A DNA stretch of 53,815 bases from a virus. Position numbers and translations under genes: made by a program. Under the pieces are notes generated by a model that saw nothing but the letters and a program-made list of their open reading frames with translations, did no database searches and was not told the origin of the DNA. The stretch is from positions 1-53,815 of the IMG/VR virus record IMGVR_UViG_3300045988_111174. One strand, given 5' to 3'. Below are positions 7,368-16,680 of the stretch, in pieces. Position 1 is the stretch's first letter, and every line of letters begins with the position of its first letter.

Positions 7368-7473
7368 TTTCCCACAGCTCCCTGTCTCCGGCCCCGCACT
7401 CGGCCTCCTCGTTGATCCGGCAGCACCCGCCGCCGAGATTGTGTCTGCATCCTTCGCAGCTGTCGTGGATCAC
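7351..7473 (-). CDS. Possible 40-aa Cys-rich peptide
   Basis: GTG start at 7473. Translation is VIHDSCEGCRHNLGGGCCRINEEAECGAGDRELWENEKEV. It fills an otherwise empty 112-nt gap, and the RBS is weak. Confidence 0.3.
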   Translation of the reverse strand: MIHDSCEGCRHNLGGGCCRINEEAECGAGDRELWENEKEV

Positions 7474-7479
7474 GCTCTG

Positions 7480-7695
7480 TCACCGCCTCATCTCGTAGTG
7501 TCGGACTGCTCCGTTGTCAAAAACAACGTCGATCCTCGGAGGATACACCGCGCATACGCCCTTCGGCCTGTGATGCACCGCGGCGATTTCGCGCGGAATT
7601 GCGTGCTGTTTCTCACAGGCTTCGCACTCGGCCTTGTTCGCGTAGAGCGTACCGCAATGCTTGCATTTGTACTGCTTGACTTCCTTCATGCTCAT
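7480..7695 (-). CDS. Small zinc-ribbon hypothetical protein
   Basis: MSMKEVKQYKCKHCGTLYANKAECEACEKQH... The ATG at 7695 overlaps the upstream stop (ATGA). The ATG at 7689 is an alternative start. Confidence 0.6.
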   Translation of the reverse strand: MSMKEVKQYKCKHCGTLYANKAECEACEKQHAIPREIAAVHHRPKGVCAVYPPRIDVVFDNGAVRHYEMRR

Positions 7696-8003
7696 TCCCT
7701 CCACATTTTGATCAGCTTGGGGTAGGTGACGATGCACCCCATCACCCACGCCCAGCCGTCCGCGATCCTGTCCCGCACGCGCTGACGCAGCGGGCGCTTC
7801 CGCACGGTTTGCCGCATCCGCAGGTCTTCGGCCAGCAACCGGTTGCGCCGCGCTCGGGTCACGGCCAGCTCCGCCAGCAGGGCGGCTTCCTCTGCCTCCC
7901 GGATAGCGTTCTGGCGGCGCAGCTCCTCGGAGACCACTCCGTTGACGTAGGCCTCCACGCCGCCGTTTCCCTTAATGATGCTACACGTCGCGATCCTGTC
8001 CAT
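7692..8003 (-). CDS. Hypothetical protein
   Basis: 103-aa ORF in the operon. Confidence 0.6.
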   Translation of the reverse strand: MDRIATCSIIKGNGGVEAYVNGVVSEELRRQNAIREAEEAALLAELAVTRARRNRLLAEDLRMRQTVRKRPLRQRVRDRIADGWAWVMGCIVTYPKLIKMWRE

Positions 8004-8580
8004 CCTCCAGTGCCTCCTTTTCCGTCATCGCTCGAATCGCCGGAACGATCACTTCGCGGCAGATTTCCGCGAAGCGCTTCTGCCAGGGTGTGTAACGTTC
8101 CACCAGGCATTCCCACCATTCGTCCGGCATGTCAAACTGCCGCATCTCTGCCGCCACATTTAGCGCCGCCGCAAACTCGCTATACGTGTCATAGCCGTCA
8201 GCAGCTTCCAGCACGCGTTCAACTTCCCATTGTGCGTCATCATCCTCTTCTTTGCCTTCCATCATTCGAATGCGCAGATTACCAATGGTTGCATCGCGAT
8301 CAAATTCCTTCTCGGCATGTCGCTCGCCGCAGCATTTTCGAAGCAGCCACTCCTTGCAGGACAGCCATCGACACCAAAAGTCCGTCGCAGATTCGTCCTT
8401 GACGCAGAGTTCTCCCCAGTGATAGGCGTAACTGCCAATATCGCTGTCACAGGTCATCTGCCCGGTCGCCTCGTCAAGGTACATGTTCAGCCATAGGCAA
8501 TCCCCTCCGCCCACCATGTGGATTGCGATTACATCGCCGCAGCGCTTTGCCGTGGCCTTGCGCAAAGATTTGTCAATCAT
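7981..8580 (-). CDS. Hypothetical protein
   Basis: Start at the internal ATG at 8580 (MIDKSLRKATAKRCG..) with AAGGAGG upstream. Confidence 0.65.
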   Translation of the reverse strand: MIDKSLRKATAKRCGDVIAIHMVGGGDCLWLNMYLDEATGQMTCDSDIGSYAYHWGELCVKDESATDFWCRWLSCKEWLLRKCCGERHAEKEFDRDATIGNLRIRMMEGKEEDDDAQWEVERVLEAADGYDTYSEFAAALNVAAEMRQFDMPDEWWECLVERYTPWQKRFAEICREVIVPAIRAMTEKEALEDGQDRDV

Positions 8581-8710
8581 CGTCTGCCTCCTTCTCAAAC
8601 TCTCCGTCAAAGATCCGCAGGCCGAAGCCCAGCAGAGCAAGGTTGTAACCGGCAATGCCGCCGATCAGGAAAATGTAGGCGATGAGCACCGCCTTGATGA
8701 TCTGAGTCAT
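8573..8710 (-). CDS. Small membrane protein (45 aa)
   Basis: Translation is MTQIIKAVLIAYIFLIGGIAGYNLALLGFGLRIFDGEFEKEADDD. AGGAGG lies 7 nt upstream. The ORF is below the ORF-track cutoff. Confidence 0.45.
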   Translation of the reverse strand: MTQIIKAVLIAYIFLIGGIAGYNLALLGFGLRIFDGEFEKEADDD

Positions 8711-8721
8711 GGTCAGTCCTC

Positions 8722-9024
8722 CTATTTCCACACCCGGACGTATCCGGGCATGACCGTAAAATTGCTGAGCACCTCTTCCGGCAGGGCGTATCGATTGGGA
8801 TCGTAGCCCGGGCCGGGGCGGTGATTCTCCGGCAGCATTCCGACGCGCTGCGCCTCGGTCAGACCGTAGGCCTCGGCGATGCGCTCGACGATCTTGGGAT
8901 GGGTGACGGCCTTGTCGTTCTCTTCCAGCCAGCCCAGCAGCAGCGGGGAGATTTTGAGCTGCTTCGCCATAGCCGTCGGATTGATTTTATGGCTTTCGCG
9001 GTAGTCGATCATGTACTGTCTCAT
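8722..9024 (-). CDS. HTH-domain protein (XRE-like)
   Basis: Start at ATG 9024, overlapping the upstream stop (ATGA). The HTH is INPTAMAKQLKISPLLLGWLE. Confidence 0.55.
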   Translation of the reverse strand: MRQYMIDYRESHKINPTAMAKQLKISPLLLGWLEENDKAVTHPKIVERIAEAYGLTEAQRVGMLPENHRPGPGYDPNRYALPEEVLSNFTVMPGYVRVWK

Positions 9025-9359
9025 TGGGCATTCCGCTCCTCTCTGTATCGACAAAGGTATTCCAGCGCCCGACCTCCGAGGTGTCTCTGGATGGCCTCCC
9101 TGCGGGCCTGCGGCGTGTCAAACCTGCACGGGCGGCAAGGCGGATCGCCCTCGCACCATTCGCAGTCGTCCTGCGATTTTCCCGGGCGATCCAGTTGATT
9201 TTTGTCCTGATAGAGCATTGCCAGCGCGCGGATTTTCGCGTCGTCCGCGCAGGATCGCAATTCCGCGTCCTGCGGTCGGGCCGCGGCGTAGAGCTTCAGA
9301 AACATCGCGCACTTGTAGACCGCGTCCGTTTCGGACTGCCGTTTCCTTCCGACGAGCAC
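9021..9359 (-). CDS. Hypothetical protein
   Basis: 112-aa ORF with a GTG start and AAGGAG upstream. Confidence 0.55.
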   Translation of the reverse strand: MLVGRKRQSETDAVYKCAMFLKLYAAARPQDAELRSCADDAKIRALAMLYQDKNQLDRPGKSQDDCEWCEGDPPCRPCRFDTPQARREAIQRHLGGRALEYLCRYREERNAQ

Positions 9360-9365
9360 AGGGTC

Positions 9366-9560
9366 TCAGCTCCTTTCCGCTTCGTCCTCTGCGACGCATT
9401 CCGGGCATCTGCGCGGCGTATCGCCGCCCTTGAGGAGCTTGTGATACAGTTTGCAGCTGCATGCGCTCAGACGCTTGGAGTAAGCGGAGAAGGGGCAGCT
9501 TTTGCGCCCTGCGAAGAGGCAGTGTTCTCCTTCCGGGATTGCAACGGTACGAGTGTGCAC
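9366..9560 (-). CDS. Small Cys-rich hypothetical protein
   Basis: GTG start at 9560 with GGGAGGA 6 nt upstream. It overlaps the 3' tail of the RuvC-like ORF by 94 nt in another frame. Confidence 0.5.
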   Translation of the reverse strand: MHTRTVAIPEGEHCLFAGRKSCPFSAYSKRLSACSCKLYHKLLKGGDTPRRCPECVAEDEAERS

Positions 9561-10048
9561 GGCTTTTCCTCCCTTCTGTCAATCCACGTCACGCCCACGG
9601 CCATTGCCGCCCATTCGTCGGCGGCGAAGCCGTAGAACACGTCCGGCTTTTTCTTGGTGCCCTTGCCGTTTTTGAAATCGTGCTTGGCAAATCGGTCGAT
9701 GAGCGCCCGTCGTATATTTGCGTCTCCCGCCTTTGCGTCGTGGCAGATGGCGAGCTTTTCGTCGAGGCGGTAGACGTAATCCACCGCATAGCCGTTGGCG
9801 ATGGCCTTCTGGGCAAAGCGCCCCACCCATTCGCAGGTTTCAAAGACGGTCTTTCCGACGGCCATTCCGTAGGAGGCGATGCGCTCTACGACGAGATAGT
9901 TGCAGCAGTGCGCGTAGTCCTCAATGATCTTGAGGAGGCTGTCGTTTTTGACCTTGCCCTTGTCGTAGATCGTGTAAAAGTCTCCGAGCAGGACAAAGGC
10001 GGAATCGATGTTTCCGGGGTCGATGGCAAGAATCAGCATGCGTTTCAC
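9467..10048 (-). CDS. RuvC-like Holliday junction resolvase
   Basis: MLILAIDPGNIDSAFVLL..., LVVERIASYGM... and ADEWAAMAVGV give the D/E/D acidic pattern of RNase-H-fold resolvases. Confidence 0.7.
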   Translation of the reverse strand: MKRMLILAIDPGNIDSAFVLLGDFYTIYDKGKVKNDSLLKIIEDYAHCCNYLVVERIASYGMAVGKTVFETCEWVGRFAQKAIANGYAVDYVYRLDEKLAICHDAKAGDANIRRALIDRFAKHDFKNGKGTKKKPDVFYGFAADEWAAMAVGVTWIDRREEKPCTLVPLQSRKENTASSQGAKAAPSPLTPSV

Positions 10049-11379
10049 TCCCTCCGATCGATGCAGCTAAATTTCATGCGCGCCGGGTCGAACAGCGCGA
10101 CGGCGGTGCGGGTGACGCCCTGCCGCTGCTTTGCGACGTTGATGGCGACGTACTGGTATCCGGCGTTTTTGTAAGCGTCAAAATACTGCCGGTCGTCCGG
10201 GTGGACGTATCGGTCGGACGCGTCGTCCGGCTTGTGCAGAAAGATGACGTTATCCGCGTCCTGCTCCAGATCGCCCGAGCCGCGCAGCTCGGAGAGCGTT
10301 GGCATTGTCCCCTGCGAGGAGCGCCCCACCTGCGCCAGCGCCAGAATGGCGATGTTGTAGTCGGTGGTCATGTCCTTCAGGGCCTTTGAGACGTATCCGA
10401 CGCGTAGATAGTCCTTGTCGAATTTCCGCTTGGTCTGTAAGAGCTGGACGTAGTCCACCACGAGGAGGTCGAGGTCGTTCGCGTCCACCTTCTTCTGCAC
10501 CTCCATGCGCAGGTCTTCGACGTAGCGCGTGGAGAACATAAACGAGACGTTCATGGCGGAGAACAGGCTAAGGCTCTCGGAAATCTGCGCCCAGTCCTCC
10601 GGATCGAGATCGCCGGAGCGGAGCTTTTCGCCGGGGATGTCGATGCCGCGGGCGATCACTCGCGAGCCGTACTGCGTCGCGGTCATTTCCCGGGAGCAGA
10701 TGCCGACCTTATAGCCCTGAGCGGCGGTTGCCAGCGCGATGTGTGCGCCCAGCGCGGACTTTCCGACGGCGGGACGCGCGCCGAGGAGCGTCAGTTCGCC
10801 GCGGCGGAAGCCTCCGATGATCGTGTCCAGCGTGGCAACACCGGAAGGCATGGACGGCTCTTCGCCCTTTGCGCGGCGCTCCAGCATGTCGTAGGTGTCC
10901 AGCAGCACATCCGCCATGGAGACCCACGCGTGACGGGTGGTGACAACGTCCCGGAGCGCCTGCCGCGTTGCGTCCAGCACCGCCGCTGCGTCGTTCTCGC
11001 CCTCCATGAGCTGGTTCTCAGAGCTCTTCAGGATTTCAAACAGCTTTCGCCGCATGGCCGCGGCCTTGATGATTTCCACGTGGCTCTTTGCGTTCCATGC
11101 GGCGGAAAACGTTCCGCCGGAGAGAATCTCCATGAGCCGGTTGGTGAGCGCCGGTTCGCCCGCGCCGTAGAGTGTTTTCATCGCGTCGGTGACTGTGACC
11201 AGATCGACGGGCCGCTTGGCTGCGTAAAGGCTCTGGGCCGCTGCGAAAATGCGGCTGTACTCGTCGCTGTGGAAGTCCTCGGCCCCGAGCTGGGCGATGA
11301 TGTCCGATGCGCCCGGGTCGGTGACGATGAGGGCGAGGACGGATCGCTCGGCCTCCTCGTTGTAAAACGGGCTGCTCAT
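10045..11379 (-). CDS. dnaB: Replicative DNA helicase DnaB
   Basis: The N-terminal DnaB domain is NEEAERSVLALI. Walker A is GARPAVGKSALG. LLVVDYVQLL, LAQVGRS and SELRGSGDLEQDAD are also present. Confidence 0.95.
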   Translation of the reverse strand: MSSPFYNEEAERSVLALIVTDPGASDIIAQLGAEDFHSDEYSRIFAAAQSLYAAKRPVDLVTVTDAMKTLYGAGEPALTNRLMEILSGGTFSAAWNAKSHVEIIKAAAMRRKLFEILKSSENQLMEGENDAAAVLDATRQALRDVVTTRHAWVSMADVLLDTYDMLERRAKGEEPSMPSGVATLDTIIGGFRRGELTLLGARPAVGKSALGAHIALATAAQGYKVGICSREMTATQYGSRVIARGIDIPGEKLRSGDLDPEDWAQISESLSLFSAMNVSFMFSTRYVEDLRMEVQKKVDANDLDLLVVDYVQLLQTKRKFDKDYLRVGYVSKALKDMTTDYNIAILALAQVGRSSQGTMPTLSELRGSGDLEQDADNVIFLHKPDDASDRYVHPDDRQYFDAYKNAGYQYVAINVAKQRQGVTRTAVALFDPARMKFSCIDRRE

Positions 11380-12128
11380 CGCACAAATTCGACGGGCGGT
11401 TCATCGCGCTTCTGCGCCGCCGGTTCCGCCGATGCGCTGCGCGCCGACTTCTTCGTCCGGTCATGCTCGATGCGCCGGGCCTGCGCCGCCTCTCCGGAGC
11501 GGATTCCCTGCGCCGCGTACTCCTCCAGCACCTTTTTCAGGTACGCAAACGGTCGGGCGGGTTGGGCGGCGTTGGTCTCCTCGATGGCCACGATGACCGC
11601 GTCCGCGCCCAAATCCTCGACGTAGGACATGAGCTTCTGCTCCGACAGTCCCATCGGCAGCGTGCCGATCTGGGTCTGGTACGCGTCCGTCACGCGCTTG
11701 TACTCCGGGTCGATCAGGTCGGACAGTACGACTGAATCGTACGGTTCCTCCGCTGGCTCGTCCTTTTCGCCCTTCTTGCCCTTCCAGCGGGCGTTCGCGT
11801 TGTTCTGGGCCGTTCTGGTCTTCTCCTCAGCGCTGCGCGTGCGGCGCTTCAGGGATTCCGACCAGAATTTTTTATCGCTGGCGGAAAACAGCCCGATCTC
11901 GATGCAGTCGTCCACAAACTTGGTCAGGTCAAAGGACGGCTGAATGCTGATCGTAAGCCCGCCGATGCAGCGGTCGGAACGCTCCAGCTCGAGCTTCGCC
12001 GTGCGGCTCATGGCCTCCAACAGCGCCCAGAACACGCCGTAGCCCTCCATGCCGTAAATTCCGCGCAGCTCGGAGATTTTGTTGTCGCTGAGCGCGTTGC
12101 GGTCGTGACTGAAATACAGGTCTTTCAC
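11376..12128 (-). CDS. Replication initiation / helicase-loading protein (DUF4373-type N-terminus plus DnaD-like C-terminal domain)
   Basis: The N-terminus is YFSHDRNALSDNKISELRGIYGMEGYGVFWALLE. The C-terminus is TDAYQTQIG.L....QKLMSYVEDLGADAVIVAIEET......PFAYLKKVLEEY. The gene overlaps the dnaB start. Confidence 0.7.
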   Translation of the reverse strand: MKDLYFSHDRNALSDNKISELRGIYGMEGYGVFWALLEAMSRTAKLELERSDRCIGGLTISIQPSFDLTKFVDDCIEIGLFSASDKKFWSESLKRRTRSAEEKTRTAQNNANARWKGKKGEKDEPAEEPYDSVVLSDLIDPEYKRVTDAYQTQIGTLPMGLSEQKLMSYVEDLGADAVIVAIEETNAAQPARPFAYLKKVLEEYAAQGIRSGEAAQARRIEHDRTKKSARSASAEPAAQKRDEPPVEFVR

Positions 12129-12140
12129 GGTGCTCCCTCC

Positions 12141-12878
12141 TCAAAACGGGGTGAGATTCAAGTCTATTTCCATTCCGGCGGATGCGGCGACGGTGTCGAT
12201 TCCCGTCAGCGCGGAGATCGCGTCCACCATGCGCCTTTCGTCGCTTCGCGCGTCGGACAGGTGGCACAGGACGATTTTCCGCGTGTCGGTCAGATCGTTG
12301 GCGGCGAGCGTATCCTCGAGCCGCTTCAGCGACATGTGGCTGCCGAGCAGGCGGTTTCGCATGGCCTTTCCGATCGCTCCGGCCTCCATCTGGGCCTTGG
12401 CGACGTCGTCGCAATAGTTGCACTCGACGAGCCAGTAATTCACGCCGGGAAAAGTGTTTCGCAGGTAATAGGTGTCGGTGGCGTACAGCAGCGTTTCGCC
12501 GCTGCCGCGGTTTTGCACAAGATATCCACAGGGCTGACGCGCGTCGTGCTGCGTGGGAAAGGGCAGGACGGTAAACGCGCCGATTTCCAGCGGCTCAAGC
12601 ATCCTGACGGGGCGAACGCGCGGCTCGGAGAGGCGGGCCGCCTCAAGCGTGCCGGGCGTTGCGTAAACGTCCACGCCCATTCGGGCGAGATCGCGCGCGC
12701 CTGCGATGTGGTCGCCGTGCTCGTGGGTGACGAGGCAGCCGCAAAGCCCTGTCAGGCCGCGCATTTCGCGGATGATCCGCCTTGCCGGGAGTCCCGCGTC
12801 CAGAAGGAGCGCGGAATCCCCGGCGGCGAGCCTGTAGGCGTTTCCGGCGGAGCCTGTGCCGATTACTTTCAGGCGCAT
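12141..12878 (-). CDS. Metallo-beta-lactamase-fold hydrolase (recombination-associated nuclease-like)
   Basis: VIGTGSAGN...LLLDAG...LVTHEHGDHIAG carries the HxHxDH motif. Confidence 0.8.
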   Translation of the reverse strand: MRLKVIGTGSAGNAYRLAAGDSALLLDAGLPARRIIREMRGLTGLCGCLVTHEHGDHIAGARDLARMGVDVYATPGTLEAARLSEPRVRPVRMLEPLEIGAFTVLPFPTQHDARQPCGYLVQNRGSGETLLYATDTYYLRNTFPGVNYWLVECNYCDDVAKAQMEAGAIGKAMRNRLLGSHMSLKRLEDTLAANDLTDTRKIVLCHLSDARSDERRMVDAISALTGIDTVAASAGMEIDLNLTPF

Positions 12879-12880
12879 GG

Positions 12881-13741
12881 TCAGAAGTCAGGCTCTCCGG
12901 CTGCGTCCGGCTCCGGCTCGGGTTCCTCCGGCGGAATCTCCAGCTCGATTTCCGAGGCCTCCATGGAGGCCGTCTGGATCGGCTGGGTGTCGGCGGGAAT
13001 GGCGGCGGCGGGCGCTTTCGGCAGCGTCACGGGCGCGCCGTTGGCGTTCTCGGCCACCTCGGCCTCGATGGTATCCTCGTAGTCCTGCGAGATGGCGCTC
13101 GCAAACTCCACGGACATCACGCCGTACTTGGAGATGAGGGCCTTGAGTACGGTCTTGATGGCCATCGCGTCGAAGTCCGTATGCCACGGAGAATCGGCCT
13201 TGCTCCACGCCTTGGAGAAGCGTTTGGCGTGGGCCTCGACCTTCTCGCGAGACCAGTACACGCACTTTTCAAAGCCGTTGAGGAGCTGGAAATAGGCGAA
13301 GTAGCCGATAGGCGTATCGCTGGTGGCCTCGCCAGCGATCTCAAGCATGCCCGTGATGCGGTTGTAGTGTACGGCCTCGCCCTCGTAGACCGCATCGGCG
13401 TTGAGGTACTTGTACTGGCCGCTGCGCTGGGCGAGCTGAAGCAGGCCCTTATAACCCAGCTGGAATTGAGGCACATTGCCGTAGGGGATGACGTAGCAGA
13501 AGCCGAGGGACTTCGCCACGGGCAGCTTCAGGGCCGCCGCCTTCATGCACTCGGCCATGACGCGGGTCGCGTCGCACTGGCTGAGCTTGGAGTCGCTGGT
13601 GTAGAGATCGAGGGCGGAGGCGAGGAACGTTCCGGCCTCCTTGCCGAGCAGGTTATTCATGCGCGCCTTGATCTTTTCGGACGCGATGAGGGATTTCATC
13701 TGGTTGATGTTGGCCTGACGGACGGTGAGCTGATTTGCCAT
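12881..13741 (-). CDS. recT: RecT-family single-strand annealing recombinase
   Basis: CMKAAALKLPVAKSLGFCYVIPYGNVPQFQLGYKGLLQLAQRSGQYKYL matches the RecT core. Confidence 0.85.
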   Translation of the reverse strand: MANQLTVRQANINQMKSLIASEKIKARMNNLLGKEAGTFLASALDLYTSDSKLSQCDATRVMAECMKAAALKLPVAKSLGFCYVIPYGNVPQFQLGYKGLLQLAQRSGQYKYLNADAVYEGEAVHYNRITGMLEIAGEATSDTPIGYFAYFQLLNGFEKCVYWSREKVEAHAKRFSKAWSKADSPWHTDFDAMAIKTVLKALISKYGVMSVEFASAISQDYEDTIEAEVAENANGAPVTLPKAPAAAIPADTQPIQTASMEASEIELEIPPEEPEPEPDAAGEPDF

Positions 13742-13744
13742 GAT

Positions 13745-15730
13745 TTACGCGACCTCCCTGACGTTTTCGGTGGTGACGGTGAGCGCGGGCGAGTTGTCCA
13801 CGCTGAGGGTGATGAGCTGCCCGGCGGGGCGGGCGACATAGTTGACGCGCTCGGCGTTGTCCACAAACAGCGGCGCGATGACGTCGCAGCGGCGGGACAG
13901 CACGCCGATGATCTCGATGTCCGCATTGACCCTCGCGGCGGTATTCGCGCCTCCGTAGGGCACGAGCGCGCCGTCTCCGGGGATCATGCACTCGCAGCAG
14001 TCCGCCAGCGCGCCGTTGATCTGGCGGTCGAAGAGCTTCCAGCGCACCGTGGGGAACTGCTCGTTGATGCGCTCCTCCAAGAGTCCGCACCGGGCGGACA
14101 CGAAGCGCTCCACATCCGAGATGAGCACCTCCACCTCGGCGCGCCGCTGGCCGATCTGCGTCTGCTGGGCCTCCAGCTCGGCGATGCGCGCGTCGGCCTC
14201 TTTCGCCCGGTCTCGCTTGGCGAGGGTCTCCCTCGCGGCGGCGATTCGCGCTTTGAGTTCGCTGCGCCGGTCGTCAAACTGGCGAGCGCGGAAATCGGGC
14301 GCTTCGGTCTTTGCCGTTCTGAGGCCCGTAAGGCGGCTTTGGAGCGCCTCGACATTCTGGTCAACAGAATAATCGACTTCGGCAGGAAAATCGGCGAGAG
14401 CGGCCTTTGCGGCCGTCTGAACGGCATCAGCGTCGTTTACTTCCCGCTCCGCGTGCTGCAAATCCTCTTCGGCGGCCCTCAGGCGCTCGGAGACGTATTG
14501 CTCGCGCTTTTTGAGCTCCTGACCGCGCGCGTTGATCTTTTCCAGCCTCGCGGCCCTGTCGGCCTTGTGGGCGGCCCGGTGCTTTATCAGCGCGTCGGCG
14601 ATCTTTTCCGTGGGGATGGACTGGCCGCAGGTGGGGCAGGTCTCGGCCATCTCCAGCGGCGGGCAGGCCTCCGTGTAGACGCGCCTGTAGTCGGCCCGGA
14701 GCTGGTCGAGCTGGTCGGCCAGTTCCGCGGCGCTGCGCTTTGCGTCCTCGACGGTGCGGCGGAAGCTGTCGGCGGAGCGGCGGGCGGTATCCGAGCGGCG
14801 GATCGCGTCGGACAGGGCGGTGCGGAGGCGGTCGCGGCGGGCGTTGAAGTCGTCGGACAGGCGGCGCTTGGCGGCGATCAGCTCCGTTTCCACGGAGAGG
14901 ATTTCCCGCTGGAGCTCCGCGGCCTCGCCGTTTCCGGCCCTGAGGGCGGCGGCGGCCTCCTCGCAGCTCTGGAGGCTCTTCTCCGCGTCCCGGAGGCTGT
15001 ACTCCGCGTCCCGGATTTCCGCGTCGCCGTACTGGGGGCGCATGCGGCGCACCTCGTCGATGCGGGCCGGGAGGAGCTGCAGCTCCTTGGCGAGCTTTGA
15101 GCGGCGGTCGGCGAGCACCTTGCGCAGATCGTCCACGGCGCAGCCCACGCGGGAGAGCTCCTCGGCGATGGGCGCGTATTCCGGGCGGGAGAGCAGCTCC
15201 GCGTCCACGTCCACTCCGGACATGGACAGGAGCATGGCGCGCCGGTCGCGCTTATCCATGGCGTTAAACGCGCCGAGGGTGGTCAGCAGGCGGAACATGT
15301 CGCCGCTGGCGATGGCGTTGATGCGGTCGGCGAAGTCCGCCGCCTTGGTCTCAACCTCGTTGATCCAGTAGGTGGACGCGTTGCCCTGATAGACGGCCTC
15401 GGCGGCTCCGCGCTTCTTGACCCAGTTTTCGCGCTGTATACGGCGAAGGACGAATGGCTTGCCGTCCAGCGTGAAGTCCGCGGTGACGCTGGTGTCCAGC
15501 CCGTGGATTTCCTGCCCGTTCGCGTCCAGCGGCTTTTCGCGGAACCTGTCCGAGCCGGGCGCGTCGCCGTTGGCGTTCTTGTTGCCGAGCAGCCAGCAGA
15601 ACGCGTCCACGATGCTGCTCTTGCCAGTGGCGTTGCCGCCGCAGATGCGGGTTTCATCGCCGAAGCGATAATCGGCGCTGCGGATGCCCTTGAAATTCTC
15701 GATGTGCAGCGCGTTTAGATACAGGTGCAT
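13745..15730 (-). CDS. SbcC/Rad50-like SMC-family ATPase with zinc hook
   Basis: The N-terminal motif is IENFKGIRS...GGNATGKSSIVDAF (Walker A). Long coiled coils carry a central CPTCGQ hook. The C-terminal signature/Walker B region is PLFVDNAE. Confidence 0.8.
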   Translation of the reverse strand: MHLYLNALHIENFKGIRSADYRFGDETRICGGNATGKSSIVDAFCWLLGNKNANGDAPGSDRFREKPLDANGQEIHGLDTSVTADFTLDGKPFVLRRIQRENWVKKRGAAEAVYQGNASTYWINEVETKAADFADRINAIASGDMFRLLTTLGAFNAMDKRDRRAMLLSMSGVDVDAELLSRPEYAPIAEELSRVGCAVDDLRKVLADRRSKLAKELQLLPARIDEVRRMRPQYGDAEIRDAEYSLRDAEKSLQSCEEAAAALRAGNGEAAELQREILSVETELIAAKRRLSDDFNARRDRLRTALSDAIRRSDTARRSADSFRRTVEDAKRSAAELADQLDQLRADYRRVYTEACPPLEMAETCPTCGQSIPTEKIADALIKHRAAHKADRAARLEKINARGQELKKREQYVSERLRAAEEDLQHAEREVNDADAVQTAAKAALADFPAEVDYSVDQNVEALQSRLTGLRTAKTEAPDFRARQFDDRRSELKARIAAARETLAKRDRAKEADARIAELEAQQTQIGQRRAEVEVLISDVERFVSARCGLLEERINEQFPTVRWKLFDRQINGALADCCECMIPGDGALVPYGGANTAARVNADIEIIGVLSRRCDVIAPLFVDNAERVNYVARPAGQLITLSVDNSPALTVTTENVREVA

Positions 15731-15982
15731 TCAGTCGACCTCCTTGCACAGATACACTTTGCCATTCCGGGAGACGACCTCGACGGGGTAGTCATTGTCC
15801 CGGACATGCTTGCGGATGGTGATGTACGCGGACGTGCCCGCGCCGACGATCTCGGCGTATCGGTGCCCGCTGGTGAGGAACTCCTCGATGACGCGCCGCT
15901 TCCAGGTGTCGCGCGGCTGCGGGGCGACGCGGTGCGGGAGCTGGTCGAGGTACTTCAGCTCGATGGATTCCGGCATGGTCAT
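15731..15982 (-). CDS. Hypothetical protein
   Basis: 83-aa ORF tightly packed in the operon. Confidence 0.6.
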   Translation of the reverse strand: MTMPESIELKYLDQLPHRVAPQPRDTWKRRVIEEFLTSGHRYAEIVGAGTSAYITIRKHVRDNDYPVEVVSRNGKVYLCKEVD

Positions 15983-16416
15983 CGGCCTCCTTCCGGAGAC
16001 GCGGGTTCGGGCTGCGCGGCGGACTCGAGATGGCGTGAGAGGCTTTCTAGAATCTCGCCGCGCGGGGTGGTGCTCCTCTGGAGGCTGGTGTAATACCTGC
16101 CTCCGAAGCGCTGGTAGTAGGCGGTCACGTCGCCGTAGGTGTACTCGGACATCCAGAAGCCGGAACCGTTCCAGTCGATGGGCGGAAGGACGTTGAGCTG
16201 CTCGTTGAACTCCTCCTCGGTGACTTCCTTCCAGCGGCCGCAGAGGCCGTTCTGGTAGCGCTCCAGCAGCTCGTCGAACTGCTCGTCGTTGAGCACGTCG
16301 TAGCCCTCGGCGGCGAACTGCTCGGCGGTCTTGCCGGTGTAGGGGCAGGCGCCGCCCTCGGCGAAAGAAGTCTTTGCATAGCCGTCGAAATGGGCGGCGT
16401 TTACGATCCAGATCAT
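15979..16416 (-). CDS. Hypothetical protein
   Basis: 145-aa ORF that overlaps the downstream start. Confidence 0.65.
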   Translation of the reverse strand: MIWIVNAAHFDGYAKTSFAEGGACPYTGKTAEQFAAEGYDVLNDEQFDELLERYQNGLCGRWKEVTEEEFNEQLNVLPPIDWNGSGFWMSEYTYGDVTAYYQRFGGRYYTSLQRSTTPRGEILESLSRHLESAAQPEPASPEGGR

Positions 16417-16438
16417 GGGGTTAATCCTCCTTGCGTGA

Positions 16439-16657
16439 TTACTCGAGTACGATGACAGCGTCCGTGATGCCGGCGGCGTATTCCCGGACCTCCTGTCGCG
16501 TGCGGCAGAAGCGGCCCTGTCCGCAGTAGGCGAAGGTCTCGCCGCCGTCGATGCTCGTCAGGATTTGGGCGTTGTACATGAGCTTCCCGTCGGGATCAGG
16601 CGGGACGGCCGTCTCGCGGATGATGACCTTGAGCCTGATCTCCTTGCTGATCTGCAT
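16439..16657 (-). CDS. Hypothetical small protein
   Basis: Start at the internal ATG at 16657 (MQISKEIRLK..) with GGAGGAAGGAG upstream. Confidence 0.6.
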   Translation of the reverse strand: MQISKEIRLKVIIRETAVPPDPDGKLMYNAQILTSIDGGETFAYCGQGRFCRTRQEVREYAAGITDAVIVLE

Positions 16658-16680
16658 GGGGGTCTCCTTCCTCCGGGCGC

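Noticed and set aside
9024-9635. Plus-strand ORFs of 140-203 aa (9011..9433, 9024..9635), and minus-strand 9118..9582, overlapping the small early genes.
   Set aside because: Their translations are Arg/Pro/Ala-rich. They conflict with tightly coupled minus-strand genes that have RBSs.
12782-15100. A 772-aa plus-strand ORF. Similar long antisense ORFs occur at 27281..28759, 41490..42941, 43048..44160, 44003..45229, 47220..48548, 49532..50743 and 51667..52818.
   Set aside because: They lie antisense to well-supported genes (RecT, the ATPase, capsid, portal, TerL and the rSAM gene). Their translations are Arg/Gly/Ala/Leu-rich low-complexity products typical of stop-codon-poor antisense frames in high-GC DNA. 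No RBS is present.
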